39,763 nt of DNA from Bigelowiella natans CCMP2755 (Eukaryota > Protista > Cercozoa). This document shows positions 24,247-33,500 of the stretch, piece by piece. Where the stretch lies: positions 1 to 39,763 of the forward strand of contig ADNK01000711.1 in the NCBI GenBank assembly GCA_000320545.1. Reading direction: 5' to 3'. A model generated the notes under the pieces. The model saw only the letters and a list, made by a program, of their open reading frames with translations, searched no databases and had not been told where the DNA came from. Both the position numbers and the translations under genes were made by a program. Position 1 is the stretch's first letter; every line of letters begins with the position of its first letter.

Positions 24247-24572
24247 TGTAGCGCGTACCACTACGCGGGCACAAGTCACGTGCGACAACAAAGGGGTTGT
24301 CGCGGATATAGAATATAGATAACGTAGATATTAATACAGCATAGGCACGTGGGTTCCGGCGGGACTCATGGCAGCACACCGGAAGTGTGCTGCCCCACGT
24401 GCGGCGGCATTCGCGAAAGCTTCGCGAATGATTACGCAGTGCACGATTTAATAAAAATATAATCTTTAATAAAAATAAACACAACTCTTCAAAAGGAAGC
24501 AAACGTGCCTTTCCCCCCCCCTGCCTACTTGTGCACGTAGCGCCTCGGCCTGTGAACACCTTACGCGCAACA
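24247..24572 (+). repeat. 5' LTR (326 bp)
   Basis: Direct repeat of 29637-29962; starts TGTA, ends AACA; contains two TTTAATAAAAAT poly(A)-signal-like motifs. Confidence 0.97.
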
Positions 24573-24577
24573 ACCTT

Positions 24578-24596
24578 TGGCTTCCACACACGGGAA
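24578..24596 (+). other. Putative tRNA primer-binding site
   Basis: TGGCTTCCACACACGGGAA begins after a 5-nt spacer from the LTR. Its reverse complement TTCCCGTGTGTGGAAGCCA looks like a T-arm/acceptor/CCA tRNA 3' end (Glu/Asp-like; identity not determined). Confidence 0.6.
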
Positions 24597-24611
24597 ACGA
24601 TTTGACTAACA

Positions 24612-27600
24612 ATGTCACAGCAGCTAGAAGAACAGCAGGACTTTGGCTCGCAGGCCGTGCAAGGGCACGAGCAGAAACAGGAAAGGAAGGGCGATACGGA
24701 CGCTAAGGAAGGAGGAGGAACACCTCCACAGGCACCGCCGGGACCAGCACCCGGGATTAAGAAAGCAGATGCAGCAGCAGAGGCACTGGAGAACTTCTAC
24801 GAGGCGGACGACGAGGACGTGGCCGCCGAAAGCAAGAAGGTCGTAATGGCATTACGAGCCTTGCGACCCAGGGCGAGCAACTACGCCAAACTGAAAGTAT
24901 CGATAGAATACAAGTATCAGACACATGATGTTTGGGCAGCTATCATGCAGGACATCATGGATTACGAAGCAGACTTACCTCCAGAGTGGGCAGCTTTGTT
25001 TAGGAACGACGGGGGTCTGGGCGCCTCGCGGGGGACGACCCAGAGCACCGTCAAGCAGCAGCAGCCGGTACAGCGGAACACCCAGTTCATGTCTGTTAAA
25101 ACAGCACCGGTTATGATAACGAAATACAACGGGAAAAGAGGTGAGGCAAGGAGGTGGTGGAAGAACGCTAGGAGTATACTCTGCGACTTTACCCCTAACC
25201 CCACCGAAAACGACAAGCTCAAATGGCTAGCTATAATAAAGCAAGCCATGGACCTTTACGAGACAGGCAGGACCCGGATCAGGCAGCTAGAGAAAATACA
25301 CACTACAGTTAGTGGGCTACGAGACGTTGAGGCGATAATGAAGGCTTTTGTAAATGAACAGGATGCTAACTCCCTACCCCAGGCTATTAGAAAATACAGA
25401 GCAATGATGCAGCATGAGAGAGAACCTGTTAGAGACTTTGCCACGCGCTTCCAGGATATGATCGACGAACTACATGATTTTAATTACAACACAGGTGATG
25501 ATCAGGCAAGGTTTGAAGAGTTCAAGTTAAAGATAAAGGAATCCACTTACGTTACGGAGAAAGGCTACACCACGATGGAGGCAGCAGTGCAGGCTATATC
25601 CCTACGCGAGCAGGAGCAGGACCGCAAGTTTACCAGCCCTAAGGTACCTGGCATAGGAAACATTAACGCTATTAAGCCGCAGCGAGACTGGTACAAGGAC
25701 AGGGAAGGTAACCGACGTTGCGGATACTGCTCACGTAAAGGGAAACACACCGCTAAAGACTGCAGAGACAGGAAAGAAGGACGACCCAGGATGACGATCA
25801 GGCAGCTCAACGAACACTACGAGAAGTTAAAGAGAAAGAAAGGCAGAGGACAAGGATATAACAACAGCAAATGGCAAGGCAGCAACAACGGGAAGAACAA
25901 TAAATATAAGAACAAAAAGCAGAACAGTATCAATGCTATACAGCAGCAGATAAACGGAATATTAGATCACCTTAAGCAGGCGCCGACGAAGACAGCAGTA
26001 CCAGCAACGCAGGACCAAGACAAGCCCATGACCCTAGACGACATAAAGAACTTAGGAGTATGCAACATTAATGACGAAGACGCTAACAGGACTATCAAAG
26101 TTGCTATGACCAAGGTTAAAGTTAAAGACAGCTACGGAGACTACAAGAAACTACCTGCCCTTTGGGATAGTGGCAGCATGCCGAAGTCCTTCATAAGCCT
26201 AAGCACAGTAAGAAGGTTAGGACTATTGGATCAAGTGACTAAGAAAGAACGTAAATATGCTCAAGCAGACGGAAGCTCTTCCATGAAGACCGTCGGTGAG
26301 CTAATGCTAAAGCTACAGATACCTGGCAGCGACGCGGAGACCCAAATCAAGACCCGAGTAGCCATGACTTTATCCATGGAACTACTCCTCGGACAGGATG
26401 CCCTAGAAAAATTAGGGGGGATCATATCATTCTACAATCACAAGATATACTTTGCTAAGTTGCCAAAGAAGTCAGGCAGGACCATCAGCCAGAACATGAT
26501 ACGGCTTGACGAGTGGACCTCTGAGTCAAGCGTTAATGCGTTAGAGTTTATGGACCTAGCGGACAACAAGCTACCTACACCTACCGAGCTACGGAAGAAG
26601 AACCCCGGCAAGACCATCCGACAGATAACGGAGCTACTGGACAAGACCCCCCCAGCTGATGATTGGGATATCGACAAAGGCAAAAAGTACATTAATAAAA
26701 TATTAAACGAGAAGTACTCTGACATCACCAAGCCGACGACGAAGCCCTCCAGCAAGCTTACCCCAGTAAAGATCGAGCTAAAGAAGGGATACGAAGAGTG
26801 CATCATCAATGACCCAGAACATAGGCGACCGGAAGCGGACTGGGAAAAGATAGAGTGGCAGATCAATGAATGGGCAAAGGAAGGGAAGATAGAGCCAAGC
26901 AACTCACCATGGAACGTGAGACATGTGCTAGCTAAGAAACCTACTTACCCTTTCTTCCGCCTGGCGCACAACTTCATCCGCCACAACCGAGTAATAAAGA
27001 GGATCCAGACACCTACACCAAGGATAGATGACGTTATTGAACACGTCATAGGATACAAATACTACTCTTCCCTAGATAAAAATGAATCATACATGCAGAC
27101 ACCCATCCACAAAACCTCCCGCCCCATTACCGCGTTCTCCAGCAGGCACAGGAAGTGGCACTTCGTCGTATTCCCTTACGGCCTAAGCATATCAGGGGAT
27201 GCGTTCAGTAGTCAGAACTACAGGGCATACACACATGATGGGATGGCGTCTGTGTTGTGGGTGTTTGTGTTTGTGTATGTGGATGATGACATAATATGTA
27301 CCAACACAGTCGTCGCTCAGATCTTCCTCCTGGAAAATATATTTATTAGGTTTGCACACTTCGGTTTTACTATTAGACTGCAGAAGTGTACATTCCTAGC
27401 TACAAGAATCAAGTGGTGTGGATATTACCTGGAGCAAGGCCGCATCACCCCAAACCCCGAGAAAGTAGCAGCACTACAGCAAGCCCCTAAACCTAAGAAT
27501 GCAAAGGAGTTAAAGTCATTCTTGCAGACTGCAGCTTGGATACTACGTAGGTTCTCCCCTACCTACGCTAGGACTGCAGCTGCTTTTACTACTGCTTACC

Positions 27601-29585
27601 GGAAGGAGAACTCTGTAGGCCTCAGCTTCGCTAAGGTGTGGGCCAAGGCTGGCCTTGATGCCCACTTCGATAACCTAATAAAGTTATGCAGCAACACCCT
27701 ATTGAATGCTAAGCTAGACACTACTAGACCAGCTACCCTATGGACAGACTGGTCTAAGCTAGGTATGGCTGCTGTACTTACCCAAGACCAGCAGATCATA
27801 CGGGTGTGGGGCAGGGCCTGCACAGCAGCTGAGGCCAAGTACAGCCCTACAAAAGGAGAGTATAAAGCCATGACTGAGGCGCAGAGGAAACTAAGATACT
27901 ACCTGCTGTCGGTGCCCAGCTTCACCTTAATGACTGACCACAAGCCCCTCCTAGGCATCGACCGCAAGCTCGAAGCGCCTAACGATGAGTATGCAGCTAT
28001 GAGGGCGGACACGGAAGAGTTTAGGGACAAGAGGACAGTGGTCTACGCACCAGGAGACAAGCAGCTTGCTGACTATTTCAGCAGGCTGTTCGAAAAGAAA
28101 GTCCCTACCCAGGTCACCCCTATGGTTAACGCGATTACCTTCGAGGACGGCGACTTCCTGCCTGAGCCAGAGGAGCTCCAGCACCTTCAAGAACACCTGG
28201 ATAAATACAAACACAAGCATGAGGTACTTAGTGATAGGATATATGTATACACTAATAATGTTAGGCGTACCTACGTGCCACGGCGGACCAGGGGAGCCCT
28301 TCTCTTTACCGCCCATGGACCTGCACACGTAGGAGAAAACCATATCACTGCTCTACTCTACCATTACTACTGGCCCTACAAGCTAAAAGAGATAAGGACA
28401 TACCTGCGTGGCTGCAGGTGCTCCAGCTTGAAGGCGGCAGGCGTCGCCACCAAGGAGTCCAGCAAGAGCCGTGCATCTAAGAAAATCAAAGCAAGGAACT
28501 TCTTAGATATCGTGCAAATTGATGTTTATAAGTACGATGGCTATCACTACCTTACCTTCGTTGATGTGGCCACTGGAAAGTGCTGGGTTAAAAAGATTAT
28601 CAAGGTCAACGTTGCTAAGAAGAACAAAGGCTTATATAAGCAGAGGCTTACTAACTGCTACCGTACCTGGGAGTCTGAGCTCCAGGCTATCCCTGATGAA
28701 GTTAGCATAAACAAGATACCAAAGAAGTTACATGTGGATAATGAGACCTCTCTTCTACAGCTACCACACCCTAATATTGATGCCTCACCTGTATACTATG
28801 CCCAGTCCAACTCCAAGGTAGAGCGACTCCACCGCACCTTGGCCAACCTAAGCAGGATAAATAGCACCACACCAGACAAGATACAAGGGTTAGTAAACGA
28901 CACCTTCACGTCTGGGGGAGGTATCAAGGATAAGGAGAGGGAAGAAGGCGACGACAACGACGACGATACCGAGAGCGAAGACGAGAAGGTCCCGTACGAT
29001 GGCCGAGTTCTAAAGGAAGGACAGTATGTTAGGGCCAAGGTAAATCTGAGATCGAGAAATAAACAAGACCCCTTCTGGGGTGGCGTTGCAAAGGTTACCG
29101 AGAGGAAGGGGAGGAAGCAGTACTACATCTATGATGGGAACAGGGTCACCTTGCGCCACATCAGTCACCTAAAGAATTATGATATCGGTGAGAAGCTCCT
29201 AGAGGATGTTAAAGTAAACCCTACTGTGTGGGAGCGAGCAATGCCTTGTTTAGGACCCCGACCTAAGTTCGATGTGGAATATGGAAACAATAAGGTCAGG
29301 GTGAACGACGATTGGCGCATGAAGATTGTCTATCTAGGCTACCCTGGATTACGAAATATGGAGAGGGTAGCTATGAAAATAAAGGACGGAAAATATCAGC
29401 TACTCTACCTAGCTGTTCCCGACTTACCCTTTGAGCACTGGTATAAGGTCCTGGGGGACCTTGATGCAGAGGGCTGGTATGGACACGAACCTAAGGACGA
29501 AGGTGAGTTCTGGGTAAGCGACAAAGGAGATAAGGTTAGAGAGGAATCTATTACCTGGTGGTTGGTGAAGTTCCGAAAGCGATGA
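24612..29585 (+). CDS. Gag-Pol polyprotein (1657 aa): Gag, zinc knuckle, aspartic protease, RT, RNase H, integrase, SH3-like domain, C-terminal Dam-like domain
   Basis: CGYCSRKGKHTAKDC knuckle (~25719-25763); ALWDSGS protease (~26166); SPWN, FPYGL and YVDD (27276) RT; WTDWS..G, YSPT..E, TDHKPL and LADYFSR RNase H; H-x3-H...CRC, QID...VDNE...SNSKVER integrase. Confidence 0.96.
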   Translation: MSQQLEEQQDFGSQAVQGHEQKQERKGDTDAKEGGGTPPQAPPGPAPGIKKADAAAEALENFYEADDEDVAAESKKVVMALRALRPRASNYAKLKVSIEYKYQTHDVWAAIMQDIMDYEADLPPEWAALFRNDGGLGASRGTTQSTVKQQQPVQRNTQFMSVKTAPVMITKYNGKRGEARRWWKNARSILCDFTPNPTENDKLKWLAIIKQAMDLYETGRTRIRQLEKIHTTVSGLRDVEAIMKAFVNEQDANSLPQAIRKYRAMMQHEREPVRDFATRFQDMIDELHDFNYNTGDDQARFEEFKLKIKESTYVTEKGYTTMEAAVQAISLREQEQDRKFTSPKVPGIGNINAIKPQRDWYKDREGNRRCGYCSRKGKHTAKDCRDRKEGRPRMTIRQLNEHYEKLKRKKGRGQGYNNSKWQGSNNGKNNKYKNKKQNSINAIQQQINGILDHLKQAPTKTAVPATQDQDKPMTLDDIKNLGVCNINDEDANRTIKVAMTKVKVKDSYGDYKKLPALWDSGSMPKSFISLSTVRRLGLLDQVTKKERKYAQADGSSSMKTVGELMLKLQIPGSDAETQIKTRVAMTLSMELLLGQDALEKLGGIISFYNHKIYFAKLPKKSGRTISQNMIRLDEWTSESSVNALEFMDLADNKLPTPTELRKKNPGKTIRQITELLDKTPPADDWDIDKGKKYINKILNEKYSDITKPTTKPSSKLTPVKIELKKGYEECIINDPEHRRPEADWEKIEWQINEWAKEGKIEPSNSPWNVRHVLAKKPTYPFFRLAHNFIRHNRVIKRIQTPTPRIDDVIEHVIGYKYYSSLDKNESYMQTPIHKTSRPITAFSSRHRKWHFVVFPYGLSISGDAFSSQNYRAYTHDGMASVLWVFVFVYVDDDIICTNTVVAQIFLLENIFIRFAHFGFTIRLQKCTFLATRIKWCGYYLEQGRITPNPEKVAALQQAPKPKNAKELKSFLQTAAWILRRFSPTYARTAAAFTTAYRKENSVGLSFAKVWAKAGLDAHFDNLIKLCSNTLLNAKLDTTRPATLWTDWSKLGMAAVLTQDQQIIRVWGRACTAAEAKYSPTKGEYKAMTEAQRKLRYYLLSVPSFTLMTDHKPLLGIDRKLEAPNDEYAAMRADTEEFRDKRTVVYAPGDKQLADYFSRLFEKKVPTQVTPMVNAITFEDGDFLPEPEELQHLQEHLDKYKHKHEVLSDRIYVYTNNVRRTYVPRRTRGALLFTAHGPAHVGENHITALLYHYYWPYKLKEIRTYLRGCRCSSLKAAGVATKESSKSRASKKIKARNFLDIVQIDVYKYDGYHYLTFVDVATGKCWVKKIIKVNVAKKNKGLYKQRLTNCYRTWESELQAIPDEVSINKIPKKLHVDNETSLLQLPHPNIDASPVYYAQSNSKVERLHRTLANLSRINSTTPDKIQGLVNDTFTSGGGIKDKEREEGDDNDDDTESEDEKVPYDGRVLKEGQYVRAKVNLRSRNKQDPFWGGVAKVTERKGRKQYYIYDGNRVTLRHISHLKNYDIGEKLLEDVKVNPTVWERAMPCLGPRPKFDVEYGNNKVRVNDDWRMKIVYLGYPGLRNMERVAMKIKDGKYQLLYLAVPDLPFEHWYKVLGDLDAEGWYGHEPKDEGEFWVSDKGDKVREESITWWLVKFRKR

Positions 29586-29591
29586 AGGTCT

Positions 29592-29636
29592 AAGGGAATA
29601 AGGAAGGAAGGAAGGAGCAACGTGACTTGGGGGAGG
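29592..29636 (+). other. Polypurine tract region preceding the 3' LTR
   Basis: AAGGGAATAAGGAAGGAAGGAAGGAG upstream, and GGGGGAGG directly abutting the TG of the 3' LTR. Confidence 0.8.
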
Positions 29637-29962
29637 TGTAGCGCGTACCACTACGCGGGCACAAGTCACGTGCGACAACAAAGGGGTTGTCGCGGATATA
29701 GAATATAGATAACGTAGATATTAATACAGCATAGGCACGTGGGTTCCGGCGGGACTCATGGCAGCACACCGGAAGTGTGCTGCCCCACGTGCGGCGGCAT
29801 TCGCGAAAGCTTCGCGAATGATTACGCAGTGCACGATTTAATAAAAATATAATCTTTAATAAAAATAAACACAACTCTTCAAAAGGAAGCAAACGTGCCT
29901 TTCCCCCCCCCTGCCTACTTGTGCACGTAGCGCCTCGGCCTGTGAACACCTTACGCGCAACA
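29637..29962 (+). repeat. 3' LTR (326 bp)
   Basis: Identical by eye to 24247-24572; followed by TSD GGCT. Confidence 0.97.
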
Positions 29963-30536
29963 GGCTGGCAGGATGGGCAGCACAAGCGTGCATGAATTGA
30001 TTCACGTTTCGATTCTCATCATCGAAAATTGAGATTGATTTTTCATCTGCGACGATGATTGTTTTGCCTTTTCACCAACTTCAACAAATTCAACAGGTAC
30101 TTTTTTGATCTTTGCAAATCCCCATCAAAAGCAAAAATTTATCATGTGTTAGTACTCCTTTTTGGTATTGCGACAACATAGAACTTGACCCGTACGGAGT
30201 ACAATAAACAACAAAATACCGCAAAAATAAATTCACAGATATCTCCGTTTGGTTGTTTGTTGCCCTGAATTTGGAAATGTTGAGATCAAATACCCAGGCC
30301 GTAGCTACTAAAGTGCAAGGAACGATGACGTTGTCATTTGTCCAAGATTTTTTTGACTGGACACCAAATGGCGTGTAGCGGTCAGATATTCGTTGCCGTA
30401 ATAAAAAAATCGAGAAGGTTTTTGTCCAAAATATGTTTTACATGATTTGGTGCGTACAATCCCCATTCATCAAAGTCTCCATACCAAGGAAGCAAAGGAC
30501 ACAAAGGGGACTCAAATCTGATAACACAATTGCACA

Positions 30537-33500
30537 ATGGCTCAACAACGCCTCTCTCCTATTGGATACAAGGAGATTATAAAGGTTTTGATAGAGATAA
30601 TCTAAATATCTAAATGTTCTGCATTCTATGGAACATGTGAAAGATATTTGTTCTTTCGTGTGTACTCACTTGATTGTACATCATCCTACCAGATCTTGTA
30701 GCTCCCAGGTTCTAATTCATCTTCTAAATCCTATGCATTTATCCTACATTAATGATTTTGATGCAGCTTCCATCAATGGCTATTACCCAGGGAAGTATTT
30801 CTTTCAAGAACGTTACACTTCAGTCTGAAAAGTATGTAGTTGTAAAAGAAGATGATAAGAAAAAGATTGCAATCGTCACAGCTGGAACTAAAAGAGTTAA
30901 GAGGCTGAACAATGCTTCAAATCCTCCAATTGACCAAGCTATCATGAATCCAACTGCCGACGTTGTTGCTCTGCGAAGTGGTATATCTATCCTGGTTATG
31001 TGATAGTAAGAATTAGCTAACCAACAATAACATTGTAGGAAACGGGCAAGGAGGGACTAGCTTAAATATATTCTCACTTCAAATGAAGGCGAATATGAAG
31101 TCAACGAGCATTCAAGATCGTGTCGACTTTTGGAAATGGATTGATGAAAAGAGTATCGCTATCATTACCCCTACTCGCGTTTACCACTGGGGAATTGAAG
31201 GTAGCGCTAATTCTGTTTTCGTTCCCCAATGCCGGACATATATAACACAAGTTGGTAGACTCATAAGTTTAATTTAATTTCTAAGGTCAAGCTCAACCAA
31301 CTCTCAAGTTTGAAAGAAGCTCTGAAAAACCCGAATCGCATTGGTCTGGCCCTGTCCAAATCATCAACTACCATCAGTCAGTGGATAAACAATGGCTCAT
31401 CCTTGGTGGCCTAGCTAAGGGTAAGCAGGGTGGAATCGCCGGTGTACTCCAAGTTCATTCCTGTAAGATGAATGCATCGCAGCCAACTATGCCATCGCAT
31501 GCTGCGTGCTTTGCACGTATTACTCTTGATGGGCGATCTGCACCGAGCAATCTTATTTGTTTCACAACAAATGGTCCCGTGCTTCAGATTCTTGAGCTTG
31601 ATCCACCTTCTAAGGATGTAGCCTTTAAGAAGAAAGTACCACTCCAGTTCAAGCAAGCCGGAGACTTTCCTGTTTCTATCCATTGCGATAACACGAATGG
31701 AACCTTGTTTATTCTAACTCACAAGGGCCTTCTAATTGCAGTTGAAATAACCAATGCAAAGGTATTTTTCGCAAACCAAACTAGTAAAATGATAGCTAGT
31801 TGTGTAAATAGAGATGAAGAAGCAGGCGGTATTGTTACCGTCGATGGTACTGGACGAGTGGGTCACTTCTTCCTCGAAAAGAAGAATGTTGTGAAATTTA
31901 TCTGCGAAACTCTCAACGATCTTCAAACTGGTCTTCGGATGGCTACTCGGTATAATCTACCAGGTGCAGACCAGTACATGGAGAAACAATTTAATGTGTT
32001 GATGAATAGTCAGCGGTATGAAGAGGCTATGAGGATGACGGCACGATCTCCACAGGGGGCATTAAGGACCGTGCAGACATTGCGTCAATTTAAGCAACTT
32101 CCTCCTATCAACGGCCAACCTGCACTTCTATTTTATTTTAATCTCCTACTTAATACGGAGGGAGCTACTCTAAATACGGTTGAATCCATTGAGCTTGCTA
32201 AACCTATTCTGCAATCCGGTAAACCACAAGGGTTAGCGCACATACGAGACTGGCTATCGAAGAAAAAACTAACATCTTCTGAAGAACTCGGAGATGCTTT
32301 GAAAAGTGTGGATCTGAAACTCGCTCTGCAGGTATACTCGGCTGCTAAAGTTCCTGAGAAGGTAATTGCCTGCTTCCTGGCCCTCTCAGCAAAGGAAATG
32401 GACGATAACAAAGCAAATAAGATCTATACTGAGATCATTAAATATGCCAAAAACTGCAACTACACCCCAGACTATTGCACACTTGTAGGCCAGCTGCATC
32501 GTGTGAATCCGGTCCGAGCCAAAGATTTTGCCTTGGTTTTAATTAATCAAGAGGAGGATACGGGATCTGTGCTAGTTGACGTTGGTCAGCTTGCCGATAC
32601 CTTTATGTTCGCGCAGCCTCCTGACGTCAAGTCCACCACAAATATACTTCTCGAATATTTAAGATCACGGGGGGACAGAGAAGAGGATGCTGGCTTACAA
32701 ACAAGAGTGCTACAGATTAATCTTATTCACAATAGTGCACGAGTAACTGATGCAATTCTTGATAGTTCCGATTATAACTTCACTCACTTTGACAAGATCA
32801 AAATTGCCATGAATTGCGAGAACGTTGGACTCTATGACCGTGCATTAGAATTCTACAGCGATATGAAAGATTATAAACGCGTCCTTGGTCATGCACCTAA
32901 CATCAAAATTGAACACCTTCAAGGTTTCTTCGGCAAACTTTCTCCTGAAGAGGGTATCGAATGTCTCACTACTCTCTTAAAAAATGGTATTCGTGCTAAC
33001 TTGAGGACTGTAGTAGAAATTGCTAAGAGGTGGTCAGAGCAGTTCACACCCAAAGCATTAATCGAGATGTTCGAAGAGTTCAATTGTTATGAGGGTATCT
33101 ACTGGTACACTGTATCATTCGTTTCAGAGTGCAAAGAATCGGATCTTGTGTTCAAGTGTATTGAAGCAGGCGTTAAGTGTTCTACATCAGTGCCTCAAGC
33201 AATTAAGTTTGTAACCCAAATATGTCGTGTTCATGACCACTACGACCCTAAACAAGTGAAAGAATTCCTTCTTGACGCCAATTTGAAAAAAGATCCGCGC
33301 CCTCTCATCTATGTATGCGATCGATTCGGCTACGTAGATGAATTGACAGAATATATGTGGAAGAACAAGCTTGAACAACTTATTCAGGCTTACGTTCAAC
33401 GTATGAATCCTAAGTCAACTCCTATGGTTGTCGGTACATTGCTACACCTGAATGCTCCTGAAGATTTCATTCAAAATTTGTTGGAAACCATGCGTCCTCC

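Larger units (their letters stand above)
24247..29962 (+). mobile_element. Full-length, very recent Ty3/gypsy (Metaviridae) LTR retrotransposon
   Basis: Two 326-bp LTRs that read identical by eye (TG...CA, terminal inverted repeat TGTAGCGCGTA/TACGCGCAACA), 4-bp TSD GGCT (24243-24246 and 29963-29966), PBS-like and PPT sequences, and an uninterrupted ORF with PR-RT-RH-IN order. Confidence 0.97.

Noticed and set aside
23658-24318. Several overlapping 60-160-aa ORFs on both strands
   Set aside because: Expected artefact of TpA loss (almost no TAA/TAG stops); His/Cys-rich with no recognisable domain. A decayed TE origin cannot be excluded.
24330-24430. Hammerhead ribozyme (retrozyme-like) in the LTR
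   Set aside because: Hairpins are present but I found no CUGANGA/GAAA catalytic core on either strand.
24107-24589. 160-aa minus-strand ORF, repeated at 29590-29985
   Set aside because: Antisense reading of the LTR; the duplication is explained by the LTRs and there is no domain signal.
24612-29585. Frequent CTA Leu codons as an adaptation to escape TpA mutation
   Set aside because: CTA is followed by pyrimidines as well as purines and TAC codons are abundant; no evident avoidance by eye.
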